Source: an uncultured Gemmataceae bacterium
Lineage (GTDB): Bacteria; Planctomycetota; Planctomycetia; Gemmatales; Gemmataceae
Length of the DNA: 64,000 nucleotides
Reading direction: 5' to 3'
Assembly (NCBI GenBank): GCA_963750165.1
Contig: CAVVPN010000012.1
Span: 608,001-672,000, forward strand
The notes under the pieces are model-generated. The model saw nothing but the letters and a program-made list of their open reading frames with translations. It had not been told where the DNA came from and made no database searches. The number at the start of each line of letters is the position of its first letter. Position 1 is the stretch's first letter. The position numbers and the translations under genes were made by a program. Below, piece by piece: positions 24,539 to 34,935 of the stretch.

Positions 24539-24578
24539 GTCCGTGGTCCGTGGCCACGGACCACGGACCACGGACCAC
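24539..24578. repeat. Inverted heptamer array (GGACCAC)n
   Basis: gtccgtggtccgtgg|ccacggaccacggaccacggaccac. Confidence 0.75.
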
Positions 24579-24761
24579 TCACTTCTTCTTGGTCGTCTTC
24601 TTCTTGGCCTTCGCGGTTTTGGCCTTGGTTTTGGTTGCCTTGGTGGTCCTGGGCTTGGCGCTGGTGCTCTCCTGAGCGGCCTTCTTCTTGCCGCCGAAGA
24701 TGGCGTCATAGCCCGCCGCGAATTTTTTGTTCTCCCCCAGGCCGATACGCACGATGCTCAC
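24579..24761 (-). CDS. Small basic protein (60 aa) with Lys/Thr/Ala-rich tail
   Basis: GGAGG RBS, GTG start, SIVRIGLGENKKFAAGYDAIFG followed by a K-rich tail. Confidence 0.7.
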   Translation of the reverse strand: MSIVRIGLGENKKFAAGYDAIFGGKKKAAQESTSAKPRTTKATKTKAKTAKAKKKTTKKK

Positions 24762-24907
24762 GAATGACCCTCCGAAAGAAACGGGAACGCTGGGACAGTT
24801 GCTCTGGCTTCCCAACCGCCACCGGCTTCCGAACTGCGCCCGGCAGCGGGCCCTGTCCGGTTCCCTCCGTGAGAAAAGTATAACAGAATTTGCCGCGCCT
24901 GTCACGC

Positions 24908-27602
24908 TTACGCGCGCACTGGGTCCGCCTTGTCCGCATCGATGCCGAGATCCTGGATGGCCTTCTGCACCGCGTTCGGTTTCAGTTCGCCGCGCTGCGC
25001 CAGCTGCTCCAGGGCGGTCAGCGCGATGAACTCCGCGTCCACCTCAAAGAAGCGCCGTAGCGACGGCCGATTCTCGCTGCGACCGAAGCCGTCCGTGCCC
25101 AGCGGCACCAGTCCGCCCGGCACCCAGCGGGTGATCGACTCCTGCTGCAATTTCATGTAATCGCTGGCGGCGATGAAAATGCCCTGTTCCTTCGCCAGCG
25201 TTTGTTCCAGGTAACTCTTGCGCGGCGGCGCCGTCGGGTGCAGCCGATTCCAGCGCTCGCACTCCAGCGCCTCGCGGCGCAGTTCCTTGTAGCTGGTCAC
25301 GCTCCACACATCCGCGGCGACCTGGTACTGCGTTGCCAACAGTCTGCTGCGCCCGCAGCGCTTCGTGCAGGATCGAGCCGCTACCGAACAGGTGGATGCG
25401 CATGCCCTTCGTCTGCAGCGGCGCCGCCTGGAAGCGGTACAGGCCGCGCAGGATGCCCTCGGTGACGCCCGGCGGCATCGGCGGCATCGGATAATTTTCA
25501 TTGCCGAGCGTGACGTAGTAGAAGACGCTCTCGCCTTCCTCGTACATGCGGCGGATGCCGTCGCGGATGATGACGGCGATCTCGTAGGCGAAGGCCGGGT
25601 CGTAGGCGACGCAGTTCGGCACCGCCTGGGCGATCAGGTGGCTGTGGCCGTCCTGGTGCTGCAGGCCCTCGCCCATTAGCGTCGTGCGTCCGGCGGTGCC
25701 GCCCAGCAGGAAGCCGCGCGACCGCATGTCCGCCGCGGCCCAGATCAGGTCGCCGATGCGCTGGAAGCCGAACATCGAGTAGTAAATGAAGAACGGGATC
25801 ATCGGGATCCCGTGCGAGGAGTACGCGGTGCCGGCGGCGATGAACGACGAGATCGAGCCCGCCTCGGTGATGCCCTCCTCCAGAATCTGGCCGTCCTTCG
25901 ACTCGTGATACCTGGCGATCGTCTCCGAATCGACCGGATCGTAGACCTGGCCGCCGCTGGCGTAGATGCCGTACTGCGCGAACATGCTCTCCATGCCGAA
26001 CGTGCGCGCCTCGTCCGGGATGATGGGCACAATGTACTTGCCCAGCTCCGGGATTTTGAGCAGGAACTGCAACAGGCTGACGAACGCCATCGTCGTCGAG
26101 ACGGGCTTATCGGCGCTGCCCTCATAGAAGCGCTTCAGGCTGTCGGCGAGCGGCGCCGGCAGCTTCGGACACTGCACACGCCGCGCCGGCAGCGGGCCGC
26201 CCAGCGTCGCGCGCCGCTGTCGCAGGTACGCCAGTTCCTTGCTGTCCTCCGCCGGCTTGTAGAAGGCGATCTTGGCCACTTCCTCGTCGGAGATCGGAAT
26301 GCCGAAGCGCGAGCGGAACTCGTACAGTTCGTCCTCGTTGAGCTTCTTGGCCTGGTGGGTGATGTTGCGGCCCTCGCCGGCCTCGCCCAGGCCGTAGCCC
26401 TTGATCGTCTTGGCCAGCACGACCGTCGGGCTGCCGTGATGGCGCACCGCCTCGGCGTAGGCGGCGAACACCTTGGCCGGGTCGTGGCCGCCACGGCTCA
26501 ACCGTCGCAGCTGATCGTCCGACAGGTGCTCCACCAGTTTCAGCAGCCCGGGATACTTGCCAAAGAAGTGCTCGCGGATGTAGGCGCCGGACTCGACCTG
26601 CATCTTCTGCCACTCGCCGTCCACCGTTTCGCCGAGCCGCTTGACCAGCAAACCGTCCCGGTCCTGCGCCAGCAGCGGATCCCAGTCGCTGCCAAGGATG
26701 ACCTTGATGACGTTCCAGCCGGCACCGCGGAAGGCCGCCTCCAGTTCCTGAATGATTTTGCCGTTGCCGCGCACCGGGCCGTCGAGCCGCTGCAGGTTGC
26801 AGTTGACCACCCAGGTGAGGTTGTCGAGCTTCTCGCGCGCCGCCAGCGTCAAGGCGCCCAGCGTCTCCGGCTCGTCCGTCTCGCCGTCACCGACGAAGCA
26901 CCAGACGCGCTGCTGCGACGTGTCCTTGAGGCCGCGGTTGAGCAGGTAGCGATTGAAGCGCGCCTGGTAGATGCTCATGATCGGCCCCAGGCCCATCGAA
27001 ACCGTGGGGAACTGCCAGAAATTCGGCATCAGCCAGGGGTGCGGGTATGAAGACAGGCCGCCGCCCTCGGCCAGCTCACGGCGAAAATTCTCCAGGTTCT
27101 TCTGCGACACCCGGCCTTCGAGAAAGGCGCGGGCGTAGATGCCGGGCGAGGCGTGGCCCTGGAAGTACACCAGGTCGCCGCCGCCGGGCGCGTCGGGGCC
27201 GCGAAAGAAGTGGTTGAAGGCCACCTCATAGAGCGTCGCCGACGATGCGAAGGTGGAGATGTGGCCGCCAATGCCGTTCTCGTTTTTGTTGGCGCGCACG
27301 ACCATCGCCATGGCGTTCCAGCGCACCAGGCTCTTGAGGCGGCGCTCCAGGGCGCGGTCGCCGGGGAAAGGCTGCTGGCGGTCGGGCGGGATGGTGTTGA
27401 CGTAGGGCGTGTTGGCCGTGAACGCCAGCTGCACGCCGGCGCGAATCGCCCTGTCTTCGAGGCGGGAGAGGAGGTAGCCGGCGCGGTCCGCGCCGTGAGT
27501 CTGGAGGACGCCGGTGAGCGAATCGAGCCATTCCTTGGTTTCCGCCGCGTCCGCGTCGCCGTTGGGGCTGCCGTTCTGCGAAATAACGCCGTCCGCCGCC
27601 AT
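24908..27602 (-). CDS. aceE: Pyruvate dehydrogenase E1, homodimeric type; frameshift near 25345
   Basis: FQGHASPG, PTVSMGLGP, GDGETDE, NLQRLDGP, GEGLQHQDG, GTDGFGRS. Confidence 0.95.
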
Positions 27603-27719
27603 GAGAAACTCCGTACAGGTCGTGAGGAGACCGGGCAAGACATCCATCTGTATTCATACATGGCGCGGCGGCGGCGGCCAAGGGTGGATGCGGTTCTGGT
27701 CCCGGCGGCAGGCGCGGAC

Positions 27720-27917
27720 TCAATCGGCAAGCCCGAGCGCTTTCAGGGAGGGTGCCGTTAAAACGGCGAGGCCCAACTCGTCCAGACGATCTGACGGCCA
27801 GGCTTCGAGCCGTTGCAGCACCTCTGCCGAGAGAGTTCCGAAACGTCGCTCCAATTGTTTCCGAACCAGACGCCGTTCGCCTTCCGCCACCGCCTTTTCA
27901 TATACGGTTTGGTACAT
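27720..27917 (-). CDS. Stand-alone Rpn C-terminal domain ORF (DUF4351-like, 65 aa); putative small antitoxin
   Basis: GGAGG-N8-ATG; MYQTVYEKAVAEG...QLERRFG...LDELG. Confidence 0.7.
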   Translation of the reverse strand: MYQTVYEKAVAEGERRLVRKQLERRFGTLSAEVLQRLEAWPSDRLDELGLAVLTAPSLKALGLAD

Positions 27918-28283
27918 GGGTACGATCCTCCGGTATGGTCCGTCTTCAGCAACTCCTCGAACACCCGTTGCTGCTCCGCGTCAAGCGTCAAGTAGGCGTT
28001 CACAACCTCGGTCAGGATGAGGCAGTGTGCAGTATGCTCCTGACATTCTACCGTCAGCTCAAGGAGCGCGTCAGCCCGGTTCTGCGGCCGCTGGTCGCGC
28101 GGCATGCCCATCAGCGCCGACAGCGCAATCGCCAGGCGGTTGCGGGGCGAGCAGCTGCTCCTTATCGAGCCACTCGGTCGTGGAGAAGTCGAACAGGGAC
28201 GCCTGTTCGGGGAAGAAGAGCGTCATGAAATCCGGGAAGAATGCCTGGAGCAGCGCTTTGAAGCGCTGGTCGTGCTCAGCCAT
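27918..28283 (-). pseudogene. Internally deleted duplicate of the Rpn nuclease gene
   Basis: MAEHDQRFK start; ~330 bp missing at ~28145 relative to the neighbour; 27940-28140 nearly identical to 28585-28785. Confidence 0.85.
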
Positions 28284-28351
28284 GCATCACACCCCCTCAC
28301 TCCAATCCCTCTCCCGCGCAGCGGCTCATTCTCCTGGACGGGGATCGGCGA

Positions 28352-29254
28352 TTAATCCGTGAGGCCCAACTCCTGCAGAGAAGTTGATTTGCCCGCGGCA
28401 AAGGCCAGATCTTCGAGTCGGTCCAACGGCCAGGTTTCCAACCGTTGCACCGCCTCCGCGGGTAGCGGCCCAAACTGTCGCTCCAGAAGTTTGCGCACGA
28501 ATTCCCGCCGTTCCTGGGCCCTTCCCTCCGCCACGGCCTTTTCATACACGGTTTGGTACATGGGTTCGATCCTCCGGTATGGTTCCGTCTTCAGCAACTC
28601 CTCGAACACCCGTTGCTGCTCCGCGTCAAGCGTCAAGTAGGCGTTCACAACCTCGGTCAGGATGAGGCAGTGTGCAGTATGCTCCTGACATTCTACCGTC
28701 AGCTCAAGGAGCGCGTCAGCCCGGTTCTGCGGCCGCTGGTCGCGCGGCATGCCCATCAGCGCCGACAGCGCAATCGCCAGGCGGTTGTGGCTGCGCAGGT
28801 ACGGCTCAGCGTCCAGCCCCGGCAGGCCCACGTACAGGTATCGAAAGCGGTTCACCTCAAATTTCCCGACCCGCGCCACGAACGTCCCCACGCCGATGCC
28901 GTCGAGGCCGACGCGCAGGTACAGCGCCACCGGTAGCACATTCCGATATTTGTACCATAGCGGCTGGTAATACTCGTACATGCGCTCGTGGAACGTCGCC
29001 ACCGCGTCGCGCGACTCCACCTCAATGTGAACCACGGCCAGTGTTTCGTCGTCCGGTTGCTCCTTGAAGCGCACGCGCGCCAGTAGATCAACCTCCAGCA
29101 CTTCGCCGCTGGGTGGGTGGAGCAGCTGCTCCTTGTCGAGCCACTCGGTCGTGGAGAAATCGAACTGGGACGCATCCTCGGGGAAGAAGAGCGTCATGAA
29201 ATCCGGGAAGAATGCCTGGAGCAGAGCCTTGAAGCGCTGGTCGTGCTGGGCCAT
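28352..29254 (-). CDS. Rpn/YhgA-like PD-(D/E)XK nuclease (recombination-promoting nuclease/putative transposase) with DUF4351-like C-terminus; internal start at 28561
   Basis: HDQRFK, EVDLL, HIEVES, RMYEYY, VLPVALY; internal GGAGG-N8-ATG. Confidence 0.85.
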   Translation of the reverse strand: MAQHDQRFKALLQAFFPDFMTLFFPEDASQFDFSTTEWLDKEQLLHPPSGEVLEVDLLARVRFKEQPDDETLAVVHIEVESRDAVATFHERMYEYYQPLWYKYRNVLPVALYLRVGLDGIGVGTFVARVGKFEVNRFRYLYVGLPGLDAEPYLRSHNRLAIALSALMGMPRDQRPQNRADALLELTVECQEHTAHCLILTEVVNAYLTLDAEQQRVFEELLKTEPYRRIEPMYQTVYEKAVAEGRAQERREFVRKLLERQFGPLPAEAVQRLETWPLDRLEDLAFAAGKSTSLQELGLTD

Positions 29255-29310
29255 GAGCCACCCCCTCACCCCTCTCCCCCACAAGGGCGAGGGGCTTGCC
29301 ACGGCCAGCC

Positions 29311-30792
29311 TCATAGAAACAGGCTGGCCACGATTTCGCACAGGTAATCTTGCAGCGACAGCGGCATCGGCTCGGTCAGCTCGTACTCGGGCTGGCAGTC
29401 CGGCGCGAACAGGCGGCCCTCCAGTTCGTCCAGCGCCGGCCCCGGCCCCAGCGACAGACCGACTTCGTAGTTGTGCCGCAGGCTCAGCGCGTCGAAGTTG
29501 CCGGTGCCGAGATAGCCCCACAGGCCGTCCACCAGCGCCGCCTTGACGTGGATCTTGCCGGGGTAGACGAACACGCGCACCCCCGCCCGCAGCAGCCGGT
29601 TGGCCACCACCCGGTTGGCGCGGTTGACCGTCTCGTTCTCGCTGCTGAACGTCAGCACCACGCGCACGTCCACGCCGCGCCGCCGCGCTTCCGCCAGGGC
29701 CACCACCAGCCGGCTGTCGCTGAAGTAGACGTTCTCCAGGTAGATGCGCTGCTGCGCCCGGTCGATGGCCAGGTACACCGCCTGCGCCAGCTGCCGCGCC
29801 CCCGGCTCCGACACGATCACCCGTGCCTGCCCCGGCACCGCCGCGCGGCATGGGTCGAACGTCGTGGGCGCCACTGCCTGCGGCGGCTCGGCCGGCGTGC
29901 CGTGCTGGTGCCGCCAGTACGACTCGTAGCGCTCCTGCAAGCGCGGCACCAGCGGGCCGTCAAACACAAACGACAGATCGTGATTGTCGAAAAAGGCCTC
30001 GTGCGAGAAGTTGCGGCCGCCGCTCCAGGCCCAGCGGCCGTCCACGAGCACCAGCTTGCGGTGGTCAAAGCGCAGGAAGGGATTGCGGATGCGGATGACC
30101 TCGATGCAGGGGTTCGTCGCCAGGATCGCCAGGACGCGGTTGACCTGGGCCGCGGAGGTGTGGTGCGGCAGGCCGAAGACCAGGTTGCCGCCGCCGTCGA
30201 TCAGCACGCGCACGCGCAACTGCGGCCCCGCCAGCTGCGCCAGCCGGGCCGCGATCGCTTCCCCGAGCGCGTCGCTTTCCCAGTAAAACATCAGCACGTC
30301 GATGGACGTGCTGGCGTTGTCGAACAGTTCATAGAGGGCGGCCAGCGCCGCGCGGCCCTCGACAGCCAGGCGCAGCCGGGTCGGCTCCAGATCCATGCCG
30401 GTCAGGTCGCGTAGACAGGTTTCCAGTTCCTGGTGCTGCGGCGGCGTGAGGTGCTTGAGCAGCGGGCCCGGCTGGCCGCGCAACGGCATCAGGAAACGCT
30501 TGCCGAGGCAGCCCGCGGTCAGCGACCGGAAGTGGTCGCCGAGTTCAACCACCAGTTCCCAGCCGCAGGTCAACGGCCGCTCCGCCACGGCGCGCGCGGA
30601 GTCGTCCATGAGCTGCTGGCGCAGGACGGTGCCGCGATCCGCCGGGTCGGGGCCGGGGTCGGCGGTGTACGGCAGCGCCGCCGAGCGACAACCGATCAGC
30701 AGCGCCAGCGCGCCACGGCCCAGGTAGCGCCGCAGATGCCGGGCCCGTCGCCACAGGTTTCGCCGCGCGCTGCGCTTCCCCATGTGCTGCAT
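29311..30792 (-). CDS. Phospholipase D / cardiolipin synthase-like protein
   Basis: Two HKD motifs, HRKLVLVD and HVKAALVD; start uncertain (30792 or 30783). Confidence 0.85.
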   Translation of the reverse strand: MQHMGKRSARRNLWRRARHLRRYLGRGALALLIGCRSAALPYTADPGPDPADRGTVLRQQLMDDSARAVAERPLTCGWELVVELGDHFRSLTAGCLGKRFLMPLRGQPGPLLKHLTPPQHQELETCLRDLTGMDLEPTRLRLAVEGRAALAALYELFDNASTSIDVLMFYWESDALGEAIAARLAQLAGPQLRVRVLIDGGGNLVFGLPHHTSAAQVNRVLAILATNPCIEVIRIRNPFLRFDHRKLVLVDGRWAWSGGRNFSHEAFFDNHDLSFVFDGPLVPRLQERYESYWRHQHGTPAEPPQAVAPTTFDPCRAAVPGQARVIVSEPGARQLAQAVYLAIDRAQQRIYLENVYFSDSRLVVALAEARRRGVDVRVVLTFSSENETVNRANRVVANRLLRAGVRVFVYPGKIHVKAALVDGLWGYLGTGNFDALSLRHNYEVGLSLGPGPALDELEGRLFAPDCQPEYELTEPMPLSLQDYLCEIVASLFL

Positions 30793-31095
30793 CCCTGCTG
30801 TCCCGTTCGGGGGATTACTGAAGATTATCGGCGGTTGGCCCGGCGGACTGGAGAAGTCTGGCCCGGCTCCCCACCGCCTCACCTGCAAAAACCAGACAAT
30901 CTGTCTGGTCCCACGAGCCGGGAACTTTTTTTCTCGCGCCCGGCGCCGGTGCCGCCACCACTTAAGTAATTGATGGGCTTACGGTTATCGGCGGATTTGC
31001 CGGCCGGAAGACGCCTGCGGCAGCGCTGTCGGAGGTGCATTTTTTTGAGCTAATGGTCGTAACAATCGTGGCTTGCGGCGAAGGTCAAATTATGC

Positions 31096-31124
31096 TTGCA
31101 CCGGCCCGGCGGATTCTGTAAAAG
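31096..31124 (+). promoter_or_regulatory. Candidate sigma70 promoter TTGCAC-N17-TAAAAG
   Basis: Imperfect consensus with canonical spacing, preceded by AT-richer sequence. Confidence 0.4.
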
Positions 31125-31130
31125 TCTCTT

Positions 31131-31421
31131 CACAGAACAAACCACTGCCCCAAGAACCACCAACCGCCCATGAGAACCTGACCGTTCGCCCGCTCCGGTT
31201 TCACTTTTGCCAGTGTGTTCGCTCCAACCCTGCGCAGCCGACCCGACCGCGCACTGACTCAACCGTGCGGCCACTCGTGAGGCGACCGCCCGGTGCTTGC
31301 ACCTTGAATCCACCGGCGGACCGGACCCGGGTCCGGTGTCCCAGGATGGGACCCAACCGCCAGGGAACACGATCCCGCGCCGAGCGGGGGAGGACTGGGT
31401 TTGCCCAGTCCTCCTTTTTTT
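31131..31421 (+). ncRNA. Candidate structured small RNA, family unknown
   Basis: Promoter-like site, multiple hairpins, + strand terminator; flanking genes both on - strand; no credible ORF. Confidence 0.5.
31389..31421 (+). terminator. Intrinsic terminator
   Basis: ggaggactggg-tttg-cccagtcctcc followed by T7. Confidence 0.85.
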
Positions 31422-31443
31422 GTCCCCGTACTCGCCAAAGTCC

Positions 31444-33393
31444 TTAACTCGCGGTGTCCGCTACTTCCTCTTCCAGCACCTCGGCCCGGACCTCCGCCAG
31501 CCCCAGGTGCCGCCGCGTCTCCAGGCACCGCTCCATCAAATAAGTCCGCGTCGCCCGCTGGTCCGCGAGCAGTTCCGGCGCCACCCGCAGCGGCTCGGCC
31601 ACGACCACATCGATGCGGCGGAACCAGTCCAGGCGCTTGTTCCTCAGCGGCGGCCCTTTGAAATACGAGCAGTAACTGCCCCAACCGCCCTCGATCCAGC
31701 ACAGGACCACCGGCGTTTGCGGCCGCTGATGCAGGATGTGCCAGACACCCTGGCCGAACTGCCGCAGCGGCCGGGCCTCGTCGCGGCGCAGCGAGCCCTC
31801 GGGGAAGATGACGACGCACTCGCCCGCGTCCAGCGCCGCGATGGCCTCCTGTAATTCCGGGGCCTCGCGGCGGTAGGGCGAGAACTGCACGCGGATGGCC
31901 CCGACCACGTGCTTCATCAACCAGCGCAACCCCGGCAGATCATAGAAGAGGCTGGTCATCATCGGCCGGATGTGCCGCGGCAGAATCTTGCCCAGCCAGA
32001 GCGGGTCGAAGTAGGAACTATGGTTGGCGACGACCAGCAGTGGCCCGTGGACGGGAATCCGGTCCAGGCCCGGCCCGGTGGCGCGGACGCGGTACAGCGG
32101 CCACATGAGCAGTTCCACCCCCAGTTCAAGGAACACGACCGCCAGCAACCGCCAGCATACCGCCACCAGCAACACTGCCAGCGCCGCCACCACCCAGAAC
32201 TGGCCCAGCGGCGGCAGACCCAGACGCACCAGGCCGACCAGCGTCACCGCCAGGGCCGTCATGGCGACGTACTCGAACAGCTGCCGCACAGCCATGCCGT
32301 TGCCGCGCGTGTCCGCCGGGACGTTCGCCTGGTAGGCCGCCGCCAGCGGCACGTTGGCCAGCCCGATCACGAACCCCAGGAACATCGCCAGCACCGGGCC
32401 GGTGTCGCCGGTGAGCGCCGCCAGCGCCAGCCCCAACGCCAGGCCCGTCGCCCCGAGGGGCACCAGCCCCAGCGCCCGCCGCGGGTGCCGCTGCACGCCG
32501 GCCAGCAGCGAACCAGCCGCCGCCCCCAGGCCGAGCCACAGCCCGATCCACATCACGTCCGCGACCTGCTGTGGGCCGGTCTGGTTCTCGTGTCGGCTGA
32601 ACACGACCGCCAGCAGTGCCCCGGTGGACCCCGCCACCAGGCCGCGCAGCCCCGCCATCGTCAGCAGCGCGAGTCGCGCTTCGCGGACCTGGAAAATCCG
32701 CCGCACGTCTCCGAAGAAGTCGCGCACGGCGGCGGCTGGCGGCTCGGGCCGGCGCACGTCGCCGCGGAAGCGCGCCGGCAGGGCCGTCACCAGGCAGACC
32801 GCGCTGAGCGCCAGTGCCAGCGCCACCGCCGGCGGCGGCCCGGCCTCGCCGAGCAGTTCGGCCGGCACCGTCCAACCGCCCCGGGTGAACTGGTAGCCGG
32901 CGACGAGGCCGAACACGATCGCCAGGGCGGCGCCCATCTCAATGAGGCCGTTGACGCGCGTCAGCGGCACCTGGGTTTCCTCGGCGGCGGCCGGCAGCAC
33001 GGCGTAGCGCGTCGGGTAGTAGATGACTGAGCCGAGTGCCAGCAGGCCCCAGAGTGCCAGCCACGGCAGACCGAGCAGCGCGCCGCCGCCGATCACCGCG
33101 AGACAATAGGCGGCGGTGCCGACCAGGACCCAGCGGCGCGGCAATGTGTTGCTGAGCGCGCCGTTGAACGGCGCGAACAGAATGGCGGGCGCCATGAACA
33201 GCGCGATCACGACATGCCAGGCCGCCTCCCGCTCCTGGGCCCCGCCCTCGGCCAGCTGGAGGATGACGAAGATGCGCAGGCAATAGTCCGCCATCAAGCG
33301 GGTACTCTGCGACAGCCACAGCGAGGCCAGGCGGAAGCGCGCGTGCCACACGGGCAGGCTCCTCTTGGGGACAGCGGTTTGGGGCGTCGTCAC
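31444..33393 (-). CDS. MFS transporter fused to PlsC-type acyltransferase (LplT/Aas-like)
   Basis: Multi-TM N-terminal part; NHSSYFD and FPEG acyltransferase motifs. Confidence 0.85.
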   Translation of the reverse strand: MTTPQTAVPKRSLPVWHARFRLASLWLSQSTRLMADYCLRIFVILQLAEGGAQEREAAWHVVIALFMAPAILFAPFNGALSNTLPRRWVLVGTAAYCLAVIGGGALLGLPWLALWGLLALGSVIYYPTRYAVLPAAAEETQVPLTRVNGLIEMGAALAIVFGLVAGYQFTRGGWTVPAELLGEAGPPPAVALALALSAVCLVTALPARFRGDVRRPEPPAAAVRDFFGDVRRIFQVREARLALLTMAGLRGLVAGSTGALLAVVFSRHENQTGPQQVADVMWIGLWLGLGAAAGSLLAGVQRHPRRALGLVPLGATGLALGLALAALTGDTGPVLAMFLGFVIGLANVPLAAAYQANVPADTRGNGMAVRQLFEYVAMTALAVTLVGLVRLGLPPLGQFWVVAALAVLLVAVCWRLLAVVFLELGVELLMWPLYRVRATGPGLDRIPVHGPLLVVANHSSYFDPLWLGKILPRHIRPMMTSLFYDLPGLRWLMKHVVGAIRVQFSPYRREAPELQEAIAALDAGECVVIFPEGSLRRDEARPLRQFGQGVWHILHQRPQTPVVLCWIEGGWGSYCSYFKGPPLRNKRLDWFRRIDVVVAEPLRVAPELLADQRATRTYLMERCLETRRHLGLAEVRAEVLEEEVADTAS

Positions 33394-33503
33394 ACCATAG
33401 CCGATGCGTGCGGTGCTTGTCCACTGGGGGTGTGCCTTTCAACGTAGTTAGTAACGAGTGATGGTCTTTTTTCTTTGTGTTCCTTGGTGGTGCGCCCTTC
33501 CGC

Positions 33504-34263
33504 TCACAGATCCGGGATTTGCCAGTTGATCGGCTGCTTGTCCAGTTTTTCCAGCGCCTCATTGATCTTCGAGAACGGCTTGCTGCCCATGAACAGCTTC
33601 ACCGACAGCGGCGACGGGTGCGCCGCCTTGAGCACGCGATGTTTGTCCTCGTCGATCAGCTTGGCCTTCTTCTGCGCGTAGCCGCCCCACAGCGCGAACA
33701 CCACCGGGTCGTCGCGGTCGCTCAGCGCCTTGATGACGGCGTCCGTGAACTTCTCCCAGCCCTTGCCGGCGTGCGAGTTCGGCGCGCCCTCGCGCACCGT
33801 CAGCACGGCGTTGAGCAGCAACACACCCTGCTCCGCCCACGGCATCAGGTAGCCGTTGTTCGGGATGTCGTAGCCGTACTCCGCTTGCAGTTCCTTGAAC
33901 ATGTTCAGCAGCGAGCCCGGCAGCCGCACGCCCGGCCTCACCGAGAAGCACAGGCCGTGCGGCGTGGTGGACGGTCGGGTACGGGTCCTGGCCCAGCAGC
34001 AGCACCTTCACGTCGTCGTAGGGCGTCGCCCAGAAGGCGGCGAACACGTCCTCCGGCGGCGGGAACACCGTATGCTCCGTCCGCTCCTCGGCGATGAATT
34101 CCTGCAACTGCTTGAAATACGGCTTCGTCAGTTCGGCGCCGACCACCGCCTGCCAACTCGGCGGCAGTTCGAACTCGCCGTGGCCGCCGCCCGGCGTGGC
34201 GTGGCCGGCGCCGACACGCTTCACCTTCGCCGCCGGCTTTTTCGCGGGTTTCTTCTTCGCCAT
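33504..34263 (-). CDS. ung: Uracil-DNA glycosylase family 1 domain (C-terminal half of an apparent fusion; +1 frameshift near 33962)
   Basis: [27 protein letters not shown]. Confidence 0.9.
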
Positions 34264-34935
34264 CGGTTGCTCCTCCTCGTCCGCGTCTTCGTGGCCGCCT
34301 GCGCCGACGCCGATCTTCGGGCACAGGTCGTTCAGGACGCACGCGGAGCACTTCGGAGCGCTGGCGGTGCAGGTGTAGCGGCCGTGCAGCACCATTGCCG
34401 GGCCGAAAGCGACCCACTCGTCCTGTGGCACCGCGGCCATCAAGTCCTGTTCGATCTTGTCCGGGTTGTCGTGGTCGGTCAGGCCCAGCCGCTGACTGAC
34501 GCGGGCCACGTGTGTATCGACGATGATGCCACTGGGGATCTGGTAGGCGTTGGTCAGCACCACGTTCGCCGTCTTGCGGGCCACCGCCGGCAGGGTCAGC
34601 AGGTCGTCCATGTCGCGCGGCACCTCGCCGCCGTAGCGATCCACCAGCGCCCGGCAGGCGTTCTTGATCGCCTTGGCCTTGTTACGGTAGTAGCCGGTTG
34701 GCCGCACCATCTCTTCCAGCTCCCCCAGGTCCGCGTCGGCGAAGGCGGCCGCGTCGGGGTACTTCGCGAACAGCGCCGGCGTCACGCGGTTGACGCGCTC
34801 GTCGGTACACTGCGCCGCCAGGATGGTCGCCACCAGCAACTGCAGGGGGTTTTGCCAGTCCAGCTCGTAGCGCGCGTTCGGGTGGGCCTGGCGCAGCCGG
34901 TCGATGATGGTGGGTAGGTGGGTGGTGTCGGCCAT
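34264..34935 (-). CDS. nth: Endonuclease III domain, reading in frame into ung with no stop codon
   Basis: ILAAQCTD, RKTANVV, VDTHV, C-X6-C-X2-C-X5-C FeS motif; GGAGGAG RBS. Confidence 0.9.

Noticed and set aside
27720..29254. Rpn genes as an IS element
   Set aside because: No terminal inverted repeats or target duplication, and no DDE or HUH motifs
28352..29851. 499-aa ORF-track call for the Rpn gene
   Set aside because: The upstream part overlaps the PLD gene out of frame; the duplicate copy shows the true start is MAQHDQRFK at 29254
31073..31447. 124-aa + strand ORF explaining the terminator
   Set aside because: It starts upstream of the promoter-like site, runs through the terminator, has no RBS and has no recognisable motifs
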